A stretch of 64,000 bases of DNA from a bacterium (GTDB lineage Bacteria; UBA10199; 2-02-FULL-50-16; JAJFLM01): contig CBDCFN010000016.1 in the NCBI GenBank assembly GCA_965216315.1, forward strand, positions 1 through 64,000, written 5' to 3'. The translations under genes were made by a program, and so were the position numbers. The notes beneath the pieces are model-generated. The model did no database searches. It was given only the letters and a program-made list of their open reading frames with translations, and was not told the origin of the DNA. Of the stretch, positions 1-11,796 are shown piece by piece (the stretch's first letter is position 1; each line of letters starts with the position of its first letter).

Positions 1-268
1 GGATCTCTTCGATGAGCTTCTGTATCGGCGTGCTGTTTTTTACGCGTCCCTGCGGTGACGCGGCGCGGGCGATTTCGCGACCCAAGCGCATATGGGCTTT
101 GTCAAGACGACTGCGTAAGCGATGAACGTCCATTTCCATGCGGACGACGTTTGTCGTTGCATCCGTCATGTATGATGTTTCGGCTGCGAGTTCCTTGAGC
201 TCCTCAATGCCTCGCTCGAGCATCTTTTTAAGTTGCTGTTTGGATTTGTCCCAGTCCTTTTGCTTCAT
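1..268 (-). CDS. Hypothetical coiled-coil protein, 5' part only (runs off the window start)
   Basis: Manually read open frame MKQKDWDKSKQQLKKMLERGIEELKELAAETSYMTD...; ATG at 268-266 with an AGGAGG RBS at 275-280. Confidence 0.75.
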   Translation of the reverse strand, partial: MKQKDWDKSKQQLKKMLERGIEELKELAAETSYMTDATTNVVRMEMDVHRLRSRLDKAHMRLGREIARAASPQGRVKNSTPIQKLIEEI

Positions 269-340
269 AGCGAGCCTCCTGTTCAAGCTCTAATTATAGA
301 GAATTGGCCTCAAATCATCACCACAATAATAGGGAGCTCT

Positions 341-595
341 CTATTCGGGTGTATAGGTATTTCTATTGCGACGGGTATGATAGAAGGCGAGCAGGGCCAG
401 AATACCCCCTAATGCCATTGAAATAAGGATAACAACCAGTTTCGGGAGAGCGGGCAGGGACCAAAAAAGGATGTCGATTGAGGTCGGTTCGGCATTTTGC
501 ATCATAATCGTCACTAACAGGACAATGATAATCGTCCAAATGATGAACCGGGGCCGGCCCCAGAATGGTTTCTTGGCTTTTTGAGTGATGTCCAT
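341..595 (-). CDS. LapA/DUF1049-like small membrane protein
   Basis: Two hydrophobic segments around 'QNAEPTSIDILFW', the typical LapA QN...FW pattern. Confidence 0.75.
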   Translation of the reverse strand: MDITQKAKKPFWGRPRFIIWTIIIVLLVTIMMQNAEPTSIDILFWSLPALPKLVVILISMALGGILALLAFYHTRRNRNTYTPE

Positions 596-663
596 TGGAT
601 ATCAAGCTATCACAAATAAAGATGGCATACAATTCGTCAAACGCAAATCCTTAATTAATGAAC

Positions 664-754
664 GCGTGGGACCTATGGTCCCTAGCGAGCAAAGCGAGCG
701 AGAGGGGAAGGCTCCGGCGGCTTTGCCGACCGGAGGGGGCGACGCAAGCCCCTA
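664..754. repeat. Structured intergenic element with three hairpins, immediately after the queF stop
   Basis: Hairpins gggacc-tat-ggtccc, ctccggcggc-ttt-gccgaccggag and ggggc...gcccc, joined by a purine-rich gcgagcaaagcgagcgaga linker. Confidence 0.55.
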
Positions 755-1105
755 TTAAGGGTATGAAGCTTTTACCACCGTATGAATCCCCCCTCTTACA
801 TAAAAATCACCTTCAACCTGAAGTCGACGCGGCGCACAAACGGCGACGAGATCATCGAGTATCTGATTGGTGACCGCCTCATGAAAATGGCCTTCATCGC
901 GGAATGACCAGAGATAAAGTTTGAGTGATTTAAGCTCAATGCATTTTTTGTCTGGAACATATTCGATGCGCAGTGTCGCAAAGTCGGGTTGCCCGGTCTT
1001 AGGGCAGACACAGGTAAATTCTGGGCATTCAAATTGAATAATATAGTCGCGATCTGGTTTGGGATTAGGAAAAGTTTCGATCTCTTTTGCGGGTTGGGTT
1101 GTCAT
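755..1105 (-). CDS. queF: NADPH-dependent preQ0 (7-cyano-7-deazaguanine) reductase, type I
   Basis: [25 protein letters not shown] and RGGI motifs; start set at the ATG of MTTQPAK. Confidence 0.95.
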   Translation of the reverse strand: MTTQPAKEIETFPNPKPDRDYIIQFECPEFTCVCPKTGQPDFATLRIEYVPDKKCIELKSLKLYLWSFRDEGHFHEAVTNQILDDLVAVCAPRRLQVEGDFYVRGGIHTVVKASYP

Positions 1106-1119
1106 AGGACTTCCTTTTG

Positions 1120-2810
1120 TCAAGTTGCCGAAATGCGGCGCGCATTGAGAAGGACCATTAGCAATGCGGTTCCTGATAATAAAGCGCCAAGTGTCGGTGT
1201 CAGCGGCGCATAACCAAAGGGGACGAGGGCCCCTGCTGCCAATACAGTTGCAAAGCCGTGATAAATGTGCGCGAAAATTTTATTTTCCTGGGTAATGCGC
1301 GCCGCGTGTTTGCAGATGACAAAAAAACTGACAACGTGGTCCAATCGATCTTCTAATAGAATGACATCAGTCGGGGGTAGGTCGCGGCCTTCCCCTCGAG
1401 TCAGGGTGATGCCAAGCTCACTTTCATAAAACGAAGGGATGTCTTCAGGGTAACTGCCGACCATCGCTACATGAAATCCTTCCCGCCGCAGCTTGTTGAT
1501 TTCGCGTGCCTTATTTTCTGAAGAGAACCTCGGCGACCACTTGATCGATGTGCAGACGTTCGGCAAGGGCTTCGGACATCATGCGATCGTCGCCCGTCAT
1601 CATAATCGTTCGCAAGCCAAGGACCTCGTAAGCGTCTCGATCGCGGCCGCGGCATCGTCGCGTACTTCTTCCATGACACCAAGAATCCCCAGGTACTCGG
1701 TGCCGCGACAGCAAATAAATGGTGTCTTGCCTTCTTGCGCCAGGAGCTCCAAGCGATCGGCCAAATAAGCGGGGAGCGTTGATTTTTTAAAGAAAGCCGG
1801 TTTGCCGAGACGAACCGGTTGGCCATCAATGACACATTCGACACCGCCGTCCGGTCATTTCGATAAAACGTTCTGGAGGTTCAAGCGGGATTGATTGGGC
1901 ACGGGCTTCATCGACAATAGCCTGCCCAAAAGGGTGTCGTGAATCATGTTCGGCAGAAGCGGACCATAACAAGAGCTCTTCGTCGTCAATGCCCGTTGCG
2001 GGGGATGATGTCCGTCACGCGTGGGGAGCCTTTTGTCAAAGTTCCTCGCTTTCCAAAGACAACGGCATTTACGCGCGTTGCAATTTCAACAGCGGTTGCA
2101 TTTCCAATCAAGGCGGACTCGTAGGCGACGGCTCGTAAGGCGGCTGTAAATCCTGATGGTACGCCCTTGATCAGGATCCAAGGTGAAGCGGCCGCAATGA
2201 CAGTGGCAGCTTGGATGAGCCCAAAATCAATATCGCGCCGATAGTAGTACCAGATTAAAAAGCTCGCGAGTGCCATCAGGGCATTGGTGTAACAAAGAAC
2301 GGGAAGGCGGCGGAGCCCTTTTTCGACCATAGGGGGGCGACTCTTTTCGGCGGTTTTGAGCTTAGCGGCCATCGCGCGGGTGAGACTGAGTTTTTTTAGC
2401 GCTTGCAGACGTTGCCAGCGATTCGATGAATCCAGTAAAAATTCAGCCAGTAAAAAGAAGGAAATGAGAAAAGAGGCGTCATGTAGGTGTAGCTTGAAAT
2501 GGCTTGGTTGGCCTTGCTGAAAAGTATGTACAAAGTGAACCAGGCTGCTGAGGATGGTGAGAAGTATCGCCCAGCTGTTCATGAGGAGCGGGAGACCGGC
2601 CGTCCGGCGCGGGCTTTTAAAGAGGCCGGGGATGAATCGTTTACCCGGTCCCACTAGCTGGATCGCAAGGAGAACGGCGGCTCCATAACAACGCCACTGC
2701 AGTGGGATTAAATTGATGCCGGGAACAATAAATGGGCCGGCGAAGAGCCAAATGACAGTCGTCAGTGACCAAGTGATCCAGAGGCGTTTCTTTTTTGCCT
2801 GAGTCTCCAT
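1120..2810 (-). pseudogene. Degenerate P1B-type (heavy-metal) ATPase-like gene split by about 4 frameshifts
   Basis: Re-framing gives continuous similarity: TM helices, VVFGKRGTLT (DKTGT position), SRHPFGQAIV, MMTGDD, VAMVGSYPED (GDGxND position) and C-terminal TM pair. Breaks near 1993, 1847, 1625 and 1522. Confidence 0.75.
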
Positions 2811-2880
2811 ATCTGAATCGAGGTGCTAGCGTACTCCTTTAGGACTTGCAATGGAAGAAGTCTGCAGTATGCTGGCGGGC

Positions 2881-3978
2881 ATGGCACTCCAATGTGGGAT
2901 CGTGGGTCTCCCTAATGTCGGCAAATCAACTCTATTTAATGCCCTAACCGCGGCCGGTGCCGAGGCGCAAAACTATCCTTTTTGTACCATTGAGCCCAAT
3001 GTGGGTGTTGTCCCGTTGCGTGACCCGCGTCTCGACAAGATATGCGAGATTGTCAAGCCGGCGCAAGTGATTCCAACAGCGGTCGAATTTGTCGATATCG
3101 CGGGCCTCGTCAAAGGGGCCAGCCAGGGAGAGGGGCTTGGCAACCAGTTTCTCGGCAACATCCGCAATGTCGATGCGATTGTCCACGTGGTGCGCTGTTT
3201 TGAGGATCCGGATGTCGTCCATGTCCATGGTCAAGTGGATCCCATCAGTGATATTGAGGTGATTCATACCGAGCTCGCCCTAGCTGATTTGGATTCGATC
3301 CAAAAACGATTGAATAAACTTTCTAAACTAGTGAAGTCGGGTGACAAGGAGGCGGGAAAACAAGCGGCCTTGTTTGAAAAAGTGCGTGTGGTCCTCGATC
3401 AGGGCCGATTAGCTAGCTGCGCGGACCTGATTGCTGAGGAAAGGACTCTATTGCGACGTGAAGGGTTTCTGACGGCCAAGCCCATCCTCTATGTCGCCAA
3501 TGTGGCTGAAGAGGATGTGACCAATGAGCAACAACCTCAGGTTCTCAAATTGCGTGAACATGCGCAAAAAGAAGGTGCGGGATGCGTGGTTATTTCCGCC
3601 AAGATTGAGGCGGAGCTCTCTACTTTGGCAGAAGATGAGCAGGCTGAATATTTGAACGAGCTGGGCTTAAGCGAGCCCGGCATCGATCGTCTCGCGCATG
3701 CGGCTTATCGATTGCTCGGTTTGATCACCTATTTCACGGCCGGGGAAAAAGAGGTCCGGGCGTGGACCGTGAAGGCAGGGTCGCATGCCCCTCAGGCGGC
3801 CGCCGTCATCCATACGGACTTCGAGAAACATTTTATTCGCGCGGAGATCTACCATTACGACGACTTGATTCAATGGGGTGATGAGCACAAGGTGAAGGAG
3901 GCCGGCAAGCTGCGCGTTGAAGGAAAAGATTACATTGTACAGGATGGGGATATTATCTATTTTCGAACGAGCGCTTGA
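2881..3978 (+). CDS. ychF: Redox-regulated ATPase YchF (Obg family)
   Basis: [37 protein letters not shown] and C-terminal [11 protein letters not shown]. Confidence 0.97.
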   Translation: MALQCGIVGLPNVGKSTLFNALTAAGAEAQNYPFCTIEPNVGVVPLRDPRLDKICEIVKPAQVIPTAVEFVDIAGLVKGASQGEGLGNQFLGNIRNVDAIVHVVRCFEDPDVVHVHGQVDPISDIEVIHTELALADLDSIQKRLNKLSKLVKSGDKEAGKQAALFEKVRVVLDQGRLASCADLIAEERTLLRREGFLTAKPILYVANVAEEDVTNEQQPQVLKLREHAQKEGAGCVVISAKIEAELSTLAEDEQAEYLNELGLSEPGIDRLAHAAYRLLGLITYFTAGEKEVRAWTVKAGSHAPQAAAVIHTDFEKHFIRAEIYHYDDLIQWGDEHKVKEAGKLRVEGKDYIVQDGDIIYFRTSA

Positions 3979-4022
3979 TACGAAAATCGCACTCGAAAAT
4001 GGAGGGAACAGCTAGCACTGTT

Positions 4023-5195
4023 CTACCACGTATCCCCGAAATCAGAGACATCTTCATTAACAGCTTCTGCGGCGGTTTTCATGGCCACGACAAAGTTAAC
4101 GATATCACCGGCATGATTACGGACGGGTGACAGGCTAACCAGAACGGAGTGTTCTCTAACCGTTCCTTCACTCGTTTTGTGAGTAAAATTCCAGTGACGA
4201 TCCTCAAAGCGATCCTTGCGTTCGATTGCCTCATGAAAAAGAGTCTTTAGCTCGGCAGGAAGCGGCGAGTCATCAATGCTTACATGCAAGACGCGTTCGG
4301 AGGTTAATCCCAAAATTTCATACAGGGTGCGATTCATGTAAAGAATCTCGCCTTCGATGGATAAAACAATGACTCCTGCCTCAATCATGTTGGAGAGGGC
4401 ATCTAACTTACGCTTTTCAAAGGCTATTTTTTTGACTTTCATGTCATCAAAAACACGAATATCTTCAACCATCTTATTAAATTCATTTCCTAACTCGGCG
4501 ATTTCATCGTCACCGCCGATATGAACAGAAACATTAAAGTTTGCCGCTTGGACTTCGTGGATAGCGGCAACGAGTTTGCGGAACGGGATGACAACTTTAC
4601 TGGGTGCAAAAAACCCGATAGCCAGGCCTGCTAAAATTGTTGAGACAATCATCAGTATCATATTGCGATTTGAAGAATCCGAGAGGAGTTCAGCCCGTTT
4701 GCGGTGGGCTTCGAGATTGGCGTAGTGGCTTCGTGATATTTCGGATACAGCACTTCGTATATTTCGGGTTTTCTCATCGAGCAGGCGTGCCAAGGTTTGA
4801 GGGCTGAATGGGGAAACGGTGCCGCGGATGACGTTTTCGTATTCCTTGAGCCATTCCAGGATATCCTGATGGAGTTTTTTGGTTTCTTCGCGAAAACTCA
4901 GCTTTTCACCTTCTTCAAGGGCTGCTCTGAATTCATCAATTGCTTTTTGCATTGAATCGTGAAAATTCGGCGTTTCAGGGTTGAGAAGGTAGATACGTTC
5001 GGTTCGCCGCAATGAGAAGAGCGCTGTTTTGATTTTTTCACCCGAATGGGACAAGGCAATATCCTGGTCGACGATGAGTTGGACTTGGTCGTTCAACTGG
5101 CTGATATAATAAAAGGAAACCGCACCAATGGCCGCCACGAGTGTAATCGAGAGATAAAAAGAGAGCTGAATTCGCCGCTGCAGTGAAAGCTTCAC
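4023..5195 (-). CDS. Membrane sensor with periplasmic helical bundle, HAMP and PAS domains but no kinase/output domain
   Basis: Two TM segments, HAMP (DEIAELGNEFNKM), PAS ending SLSPVRNHAGDIVNFVV, then stop. Confidence 0.75.
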   Translation of the reverse strand: MKLSLQRRIQLSFYLSITLVAAIGAVSFYYISQLNDQVQLIVDQDIALSHSGEKIKTALFSLRRTERIYLLNPETPNFHDSMQKAIDEFRAALEEGEKLSFREETKKLHQDILEWLKEYENVIRGTVSPFSPQTLARLLDEKTRNIRSAVSEISRSHYANLEAHRKRAELLSDSSNRNMILMIVSTILAGLAIGFFAPSKVVIPFRKLVAAIHEVQAANFNVSVHIGGDDEIAELGNEFNKMVEDIRVFDDMKVKKIAFEKRKLDALSNMIEAGVIVLSIEGEILYMNRTLYEILGLTSERVLHVSIDDSPLPAELKTLFHEAIERKDRFEDRHWNFTHKTSEGTVREHSVLVSLSPVRNHAGDIVNFVVAMKTAAEAVNEDVSDFGDTW

Positions 5196-5881
5196 GTCGA
5201 TTCCTTGTCTAAAAAGTGATTAATCTTGTCGGTGCCGCCAACTAAGACCAAGATGTCATCATCCGCGATGATGTCATCCGGTCGAGGCTGTGTATTCGTT
5301 ACTTCTTTGAAAAAACTTTTGCCGTTTTCATCGACGGCCGGGATTCGTTTTTGGATGGCAACGATATTGATGCCGAAACGTTTTCTGAAATCCAATTCGA
5401 CTATGGTCTTATTGATATGCGCCTTGTTGACTTTCATCTCGACGAGGCTATAGCCGCCGGGAAAGGTCATATGTTGAAGGACATGAGGCGCCAACAGTTG
5501 TTTGACCAACTGTTCGGCCATTTGATGCTCGACATGAATAATACGACTCGCGCCCACTTCGTTAAGGACGCGTTCATGAATTTCCGATAGAGCTCGCGCG
5601 ATAATTTTGCTGACCCCAATGCGCCGCAAGATGACCGTTGCCATGATACTGGCATCCATATCGCCGACCGTTACGATAGCTGCGTCGACATCCGTGATGC
5701 CGAGAGAACGGAGGGAGCGCTCTTGAGTTGCGTCTGCAATGACAGCTTGTGCGACTTTATCTTTAAGTTGATCGACAATCGCTTCATCGGTATCGATCGC
5801 GACAACTTCGCCCCCTTGCTGGGCGAGGGTTTCCGCCACATGCGCGCCAAAATTTCCAAGTCCAATCACTGCAAATTGCAT
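5192..5881 (-). CDS. ktrA: Ktr/Trk potassium uptake RCK subunit
   Basis: N-terminal FAVIGLGNFG Rossmann motif and RCK-C domain; adjacent to the channel subunit. Confidence 0.92.
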   Translation of the reverse strand: MQFAVIGLGNFGAHVAETLAQQGGEVVAIDTDEAIVDQLKDKVAQAVIADATQERSLRSLGITDVDAAIVTVGDMDASIMATVILRRIGVSKIIARALSEIHERVLNEVGASRIIHVEHQMAEQLVKQLLAPHVLQHMTFPGGYSLVEMKVNKAHINKTIVELDFRKRFGINIVAIQKRIPAVDENGKSFFKEVTNTQPRPDDIIADDDILVLVGGTDKINHFLDKEST

Positions 5882-5885
5882 AGTT

Positions 5886-7580
5886 TTATCCTATGAGGAC
5901 TTCTCCCTTAGGGTAACGATAGCTAGCCGATTTCGTGCCCTCGCCGGCCATCAGAGCAACTGTCAAAGGGCCTAAGCGCCCGATAAACATGAGCAAAGTT
6001 ATAGAGAGTTTACCAAAAAGAGTCAATTTGGCGGTTAAACCAAGACTAAGGCCGACAGTGCCATAGGCTGAAATGACTTCAAAAAGAGTTTCCATGAATG
6101 TCGCGTCTTCAGTAATCAAAAGAGTTAAAACGCTTAGTGGAATAACAATGAGCGAAAGAATAAAGATTGAAATCGACTTGGTGATAACGACGGCAGGAAG
6201 CCGTCTTCCATGGAATTCAACATCAGAACGTTTGCGAATCATTGATTTTGCTGTTAACGCCAGAGTCGCTAGCGTTGTTGTCTTAATTCCGCCGCCCGTT
6301 GAACCTGGTGATGCTCCTATAAACATGAGCAAGGTAAAGAAGAAAAGCGAAGCTGTTGAAAAACTCGTTAGGTCGACCGTATTGAAACCGGCAGTACGAG
6401 CGGTTACCGAATGAAAGAAACTGGCCCATAATTTGCCCGAGAGATCAAGCTCAGCAAAGGCGTTGCCCGACTCGAGGAAAAAGAAGGCGAGGGTTCCGCC
6501 GAATAGGAGGAAGGCAGTCATGACTAAGACAAGTTGAGCGTGCATGCTGATGTGTTTCAGAGGGTTATTGCGATAGCGCAGCCAGAGCCTGACGAGACTG
6601 AAGAGGGGGCCGACGACGGTAAAGCCGATGCCGCCTAGAATGATGAGTATCGAAATTGTCGTGTTGACGACGGGGTCATCTGCAAACTGGATAAGACTGT
6701 CATTCCATAAGGCGAATCCTGCATTACAAAACGCACTGATCGAGTGAAAAATCCCGTAGTACACAGCTTCTAATAGACTATCGAAGCTTTCTCGGAAACG
6801 CAGTGCTAAGACAACGGCGCCGATGACCTCTGAGACCAAAGTAAAACGAATAATATGAAAGATAACTTTTTTGAGTTCTTCATAATCAGACTGCTCAAAC
6901 ATATTTTGCATGAAAACTTTTTGGCCGACGGCCATGCGCTTACCGAGTAAGGCCGCCGCGCTCGCGGACAGAGCCATGATACCAAGCCCTCCCAGTTGAA
7001 TAAGCAGGAGAATGATGAGCTCGCCGAATAGCGAAAATTGGCTTGCGGTATCGACGACTATAAGGCCGGTGACACAAGTAGCCGAGGTTGCAGTAAAAAG
7101 CGCATCAATCATTGTTATGTCCTGACCCGCTTCCATCGCAAAGGGAAGGGCCAATAGAATCGTACCGACGACGATCATAATAATGAATGAACCGGCGAGG
7201 AGACGGGCGGGGTAGCGTTGCAGCGTATCCAGATATTCTTGCACGCGTTGTTGCCGAACCATACGGTAGATAAGGAAGACGCCCTGACGAAAAATAATGA
7301 GTGAGGCGGACAGTTGAGGATCGCCACGCGTGATCGCGAGGGGAACCAGGATGGCCAGATCGAACAGGCGGCGCTCGATGAGTGCCGGATTTTTCGGAAG
7401 CTGGATGAGTTGAAGAATAATGTAAACTAGAAAGAACGCGACGAGCGCATAGACCATACCGTTGAAAATTAATTGACCCGTCGGATGAACGGGTTTGCCG
7501 GCCCAGATCAGAAAGAGCAGCAGTATTAAAAAAGCCAGTCCGCTTAAGATGGGATCAAGCCATTTGATCCATTTGCTCAT
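5886..7580 (-). CDS. ktrB: Ktr/Trk potassium uptake membrane subunit
   Basis: SATCVTGL, SAFCNAGF, RTAGFNT, GSTGGGIKTT and AYGTVGLS pore motifs. Confidence 0.93.
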   Translation of the reverse strand: MSKWIKWLDPILSGLAFLILLLFLIWAGKPVHPTGQLIFNGMVYALVAFFLVYIILQLIQLPKNPALIERRLFDLAILVPLAITRGDPQLSASLIIFRQGVFLIYRMVRQQRVQEYLDTLQRYPARLLAGSFIIMIVVGTILLALPFAMEAGQDITMIDALFTATSATCVTGLIVVDTASQFSLFGELIILLLIQLGGLGIMALSASAAALLGKRMAVGQKVFMQNMFEQSDYEELKKVIFHIIRFTLVSEVIGAVVLALRFRESFDSLLEAVYYGIFHSISAFCNAGFALWNDSLIQFADDPVVNTTISILIILGGIGFTVVGPLFSLVRLWLRYRNNPLKHISMHAQLVLVMTAFLLFGGTLAFFFLESGNAFAELDLSGKLWASFFHSVTARTAGFNTVDLTSFSTASLFFFTLLMFIGASPGSTGGGIKTTTLATLALTAKSMIRKRSDVEFHGRRLPAVVITKSISIFILSLIVIPLSVLTLLITEDATFMETLFEVISAYGTVGLSLGLTAKLTLFGKLSITLLMFIGRLGPLTVALMAGEGTKSASYRYPKGEVLIG

Positions 7581-7662
7581 GATTCACTCCCAACCTGATT
7601 AGGTCCTAGTTAGCATAAGCCCTTGATTTTCCCAAGAAATTAAATTTTCACGAGTGGGAGCC

Positions 7663-8184
7663 CTACTCGCTGTCTGGTAAGCGTTGAGCGATATACTTGA
7701 AGAGGTTTTGAACGGAAACCAAGCCCGCAACCTCACCGCCTTCGAGTATAGGGATATGACGGTATCCACCTAAGGACATTCGGTTCAATGCATAGGCCAG
7801 AGTATCTGTGCCGTGGAGGCATTCCGGTTCGCTCGTCATAATCGATCCGAGCGTAATTTCTTTTGGTCGCGATTCGACTGAGTTAAAGACCTTATAAAGT
7901 ATGTCTCGTTCGGAGACGATGCCCTTGAGTTTGCCGTTTTCCATGACGAGTATGCAGCCGATGCGGTGCCGGTTCATTTCTTGAGCGGCCTCAAAGATTG
8001 ACGTATCAGGACCCATGCAGATGGCGTCCGGAGGCGGTACCGAAGAGATCGGGTCTTCTAAGAGGGCACGCTCTAATTCCGACTGCGGTTCGATCTCAAT
8101 GTCGATTGACCTTAAATCACCGCCGCAACTCTCACAGCTATCTTCTCCCTCAATATTTTCAATACCGCAGTATGGACACTTCAT
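7663..8184 (-). CDS. Zinc-ribbon plus tandem CBS domain protein
   Basis: CPYC...CESC followed by a CBS pair (GIVSERD, GYRHIPI). Confidence 0.88.
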   Translation of the reverse strand: MKCPYCGIENIEGEDSCESCGGDLRSIDIEIEPQSELERALLEDPISSVPPPDAICMGPDTSIFEAAQEMNRHRIGCILVMENGKLKGIVSERDILYKVFNSVESRPKEITLGSIMTSEPECLHGTDTLAYALNRMSLGGYRHIPILEGGEVAGLVSVQNLFKYIAQRLPDSE

Positions 8185-8194
8185 TCCATCTTCC

Positions 8195-9232
8195 TCATTC
8201 CTTGACGTCCCACGCCTCAGATCCACTGATAAGTTTGTGGACATCCGTTTCCCCAGGGAGCTTTTTCGCTTGCTCGATCTGTTCTGCCATTAAGTCACCG
8301 TAGGTGGGGCGATCGATATGTCGAAAAACGCCGATAGGCGTCGGAAAATCCGGTGGAGCGAACAGGCTTAGGATGTTCGCGTACGTATTATCGCGCGCGC
8401 CGGGATCGTGGACCATCAGGTCCTTTTCGCTGACACCATTTTGTCCGAGCGTGACGACTTCAGGGTGCCATCCTTGCATCAAAATACCTTTGTCACGGTC
8501 TTTTCCAAAGATGAGGGGTTTGCCTTCCTCCATGACGAGGGCGGCATCGGCGCGTTTAGTGCGTTCGGATACGTCACCGAATCCCATATCATTGAAAATG
8601 ACGCAGTTTTGCAGGATCTCGATGAAAGTCGATCCTTTGTGGTTTGCGGCGGCGATGAGGACCTGTTCCAGATGTTTCATTTCCGTGTCGATACTGCGGG
8701 CTACGAATGTCGCTTCCGCTCCGAGCGCAATTTGAATCGGATTGATCGGATAATCGATCGATCCCAAGGGAGACGATTTGGTTTTTTTGCCGTGTTCGGA
8801 CGTCGGTGAATACTGGCCTTTGGTCAGACCATAGATGCGATTGTTAAAAAGGATGATATTTAGATCCACATTGCGGCGTAAGGCATGGATGAGGTGATTG
8901 CCTCCTATGCTCAGGGCATCTCCGTCTCCGGTAATGACCCAAACGGATAGGTCATTGTTGTAGGCCTTGATTCCGGTCGCTAAAGTGGGGGCACGTCCAT
9001 GAATCGAATGAAAACCATACGTGTTGACATAATAGGGGAAGCGTGAGGCGCACCCGATTCCCGAGACAAAGACGAACTTTTCGCGCGGGATGCCGAGCTG
9101 AGGGAGCACCTTTTGGATGTTCGAAAGAATTGCATAGTCACCACAACCTGGACACCAACGGACGTCCTGGTCGGAGACGAAGTCCTTACGGGTAAGCGTT
9201 ACGGTGCCGCTTTCTTGATTTGTATTTGCCAT
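8195..9232 (-). CDS. korB: 2-oxoacid:ferredoxin oxidoreductase beta subunit
   Basis: [25 protein letters not shown] and [11 protein letters not shown]. Confidence 0.93.
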   Translation of the reverse strand: MANTNQESGTVTLTRKDFVSDQDVRWCPGCGDYAILSNIQKVLPQLGIPREKFVFVSGIGCASRFPYYVNTYGFHSIHGRAPTLATGIKAYNNDLSVWVITGDGDALSIGGNHLIHALRRNVDLNIILFNNRIYGLTKGQYSPTSEHGKKTKSSPLGSIDYPINPIQIALGAEATFVARSIDTEMKHLEQVLIAAANHKGSTFIEILQNCVIFNDMGFGDVSERTKRADAALVMEEGKPLIFGKDRDKGILMQGWHPEVVTLGQNGVSEKDLMVHDPGARDNTYANILSLFAPPDFPTPIGVFRHIDRPTYGDLMAEQIEQAKKLPGETDVHKLISGSEAWDVKE

Positions 9233-11127
9233 GATTCAACGACCTCTGTTCCGTTCTGTAAAAGTTTTTCCGCCCCTTCGACGATCTCAGCAACTTTAAA
9301 TGGTTTGCCTTGAGTCTTGGAGAGACTCACTGCGTTGACGAGAAATTTACCCCGTAACAAAAATGCCAGTTGTCCCATATTCAGTTCGGGGACCAGGATG
9401 TTCTCATAATTTTTCAGAATCTCTCCTAAATTGCTTGGAAAGGGATTGAGATAACGTAAACGCATGCATGCGACGCTGTGGCCACTCTCCTGGAGATGCT
9501 CTGTCGCTGCGGAAACGGAGCCGCAGGCCGCACCCCATCCAATGATCAAAAGCTTGCCCTGTTCGGGCCCGCTGACAGTGGCTGCCGGGATGTCTTTGGC
9601 GATCCCTTCAATTTTTGCAGCCCTTAGATGTGTCATGTTTTCGTGGTTCACCGGATCGTAACTGACATTCCCTGAACCATCTTGTTTTTCGAGGCCACCA
9701 ATACGATGTTCAAGGCCGGGAGTGCCCGGGGGTGCCCAGGGCCGTGCCAGGGTTTCCGGGTCGCGCTGATAGGGCGCAAAAGACGCCGGGTCCGTCGCGT
9801 AATCGATTTTGATTTCGGGTAAAGAATCCATGGGAGGAATGATCCACGGTTCGGCACCGTTGGCGAGATAACCATCAGACAAGACCGTGACGGGTGTCAT
9901 ATATTTGATGGCAATACGAAAGGCTTCGATCGCCATATGAAAACAGTCACCCGGTGAATCCGGTGCTAGGATAGGCATGGGCGATTCGCCATTCCGGCCG
10001 AACAAAGCCTGGAGCAGGTCTGACTGTTCCACCTTGGTAGGGAGTCCCGTACTTGGGCCGCCGCGTTGCACATTGATGATGACCATGGGTAACTCGGTCA
10101 TGACGGCGAGGCCGAGGGTTTCGGCCTTGAGTGCGAGTCCGGGACCGCTGGTTCCGGTTAATCCCAATCCACCGGCAAAGGCGGCGCCGACGGCGACACC
10201 CGCGGCGGCGATTTCATCTTCAGCCTGGATCGTCATGACCCCAAAGCGTTTAAAGCGGGAAAGTTCATGGAGGATGTCCGAAGCCGGCGTGATGGGGTAA
10301 GTCGCGTAAAGTAGTGGTTTGTCGGCCAGCTGCGAAGCAACGAGACATCCCAGCGCGATGGCCTGATTCCCGGTGATGTTCCGATACTTGCCAGGTGGCA
10401 GCTTGGCCTTGGGGACCTTATAATGCGTTGGGAACATTTCAGCCGTTTCACCAAAATAGTAGCCGGATTTAAGCGCGAGCCGATTTGCCTCGACAATGTG
10501 AGGGGCTTTTTTGAATTTATTTTCGATCCATTGCAGCGTCAACTTCATGGGACGGTCGTAGAGCCAATACATAATGCCCAGGGCGAAAAAATTCTTGGCG
10601 CGTTCCGCCTCTTTGGCACTGAGACCGTCGACGTTTTCCAGGGCTTTAAGCGTCAGGCTTGTGATAGGAATTTTATAGAGCTGATAATTTTTTAAGGCCT
10701 CGCTGTCGTCGAGCGGGTTGGCTTCGTATCCGGCCTTTTTCAAGTTTTGCGGTGTGAAAGCATCTTGATTGGTGACAAGGAGGCCGCCATGATCCAAATC
10801 GGCCAGGTTGGCCTTAAGAGCTGCGGGATTCATGGCGACGAGAACGGAAAGGCCGTCACCCGGAGTTCGGATATCTTGACTGGAAAAGTGAATCTGAAAG
10901 CCACTCACTCCGGCGAGCGTGCCGGCCGGCGCTCTTATCTCAGCAGGATACTCGGGGAGCGTGGCGACATCGTTGCCGAAAAATGCCGTTGTGTTGGTAA
11001 ACTGACTTCCGGTGAGCTGCATCCCGTCACCGGAATCACCGGCAAAACGAATGACGACGTTATCACGCTCTTCGATCGTTTTGGCCGTTGGCAATTCGGT
11101 AGAATCTTTTGAGTCGTTGGATGACAT
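9199..11127 (-). CDS. korA: 2-oxoacid:ferredoxin oxidoreductase alpha subunit (gamma-alpha fusion)
   Basis: [24 protein letters not shown] and [12 protein letters not shown]. Confidence 0.93.
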   Translation of the reverse strand: MSSNDSKDSTELPTAKTIEERDNVVIRFAGDSGDGMQLTGSQFTNTTAFFGNDVATLPEYPAEIRAPAGTLAGVSGFQIHFSSQDIRTPGDGLSVLVAMNPAALKANLADLDHGGLLVTNQDAFTPQNLKKAGYEANPLDDSEALKNYQLYKIPITSLTLKALENVDGLSAKEAERAKNFFALGIMYWLYDRPMKLTLQWIENKFKKAPHIVEANRLALKSGYYFGETAEMFPTHYKVPKAKLPPGKYRNITGNQAIALGCLVASQLADKPLLYATYPITPASDILHELSRFKRFGVMTIQAEDEIAAAGVAVGAAFAGGLGLTGTSGPGLALKAETLGLAVMTELPMVIINVQRGGPSTGLPTKVEQSDLLQALFGRNGESPMPILAPDSPGDCFHMAIEAFRIAIKYMTPVTVLSDGYLANGAEPWIIPPMDSLPEIKIDYATDPASFAPYQRDPETLARPWAPPGTPGLEHRIGGLEKQDGSGNVSYDPVNHENMTHLRAAKIEGIAKDIPAATVSGPEQGKLLIIGWGAACGSVSAATEHLQESGHSVACMRLRYLNPFPSNLGEILKNYENILVPELNMGQLAFLLRGKFLVNAVSLSKTQGKPFKVAEIVEGAEKLLQNGTEVVESWQIQIKKAAP

Positions 11128-11138
11128 AGCTGTTCCGC

Positions 11139-11624
11139 CTAGGCGCCCTCGCGATCCGTTTGAACCTGATTCGGTTCGGGCGGCAGGTTGTAAACTTCTT
11201 CTGGGAAGTTAGAGCCGAAATAAGTCACTAGGTCCCGGGCCGATAATGTTTTGATCACGTTTCCCGTGTTCGGGTCGGTGATTGGGATGTTGCGATACCC
11301 GCCTTCGTCCATGACATGGACGGCCTGCGCAATGGTGCTGTCACCAGGCAGGGTCTGGGGATCAGGAGTCATGACTTCGGAAATAACGGTTTCCAGGGGG
11401 AGGTCGGCCTCAATGACACGGGTGAGGACGTCTCGCTCGGTGAAGATGCCCAATAATTTGTCTCCCTCGCGAACAAGCGCGCAGCCTGACTTCGCAGCCC
11501 GCATCATCTCGAAGACGGCAAATAGAGCCGTATTCGGAGCGACAAACAGCGAGTCTTTGAGTGGGAGTTGACTGAGGTGCTCTCGTTCGAGATTTTTTCC
11601 TAAATTTTGGGTCCCTCGATGCAA
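11139..11624 (-). CDS. CBS domain protein
   Basis: GIFTERD and GYRNIPI CBS pair. Confidence 0.88.
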   Translation of the reverse strand: MHRGTQNLGKNLEREHLSQLPLKDSLFVAPNTALFAVFEMMRAAKSGCALVREGDKLLGIFTERDVLTRVIEADLPLETVISEVMTPDPQTLPGDSTIAQAVHVMDEGGYRNIPITDPNTGNVIKTLSARDLVTYFGSNFPEEVYNLPPEPNQVQTDREGA

Positions 11625-11796
11625 ATTTTCCTCCGATTTGTCAGCGCAGCCGCATTGTAGGCCTGTCGCCTCAGGAAATCACGAGAATTCTCTACAGCGG
11701 CAGATGATTGCCTGTCAATGCTTGAGCACGCAATGATCCGTATCACATCCGCAATGATTGCTTTGCCTTTCAAGGCTTTTGTTATATTGGGGCGCT

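Noticed and set aside
664..754. preQ1 riboswitch near queF
   Set aside because: The structure lies downstream of queF and I could not match it to a preQ1 aptamer.
1986..1988. Selenocysteine or stop read-through at the TGA in the ATPase-like gene
   Set aside because: Similarity continues in a different frame, so this is a frameshift rather than read-through.
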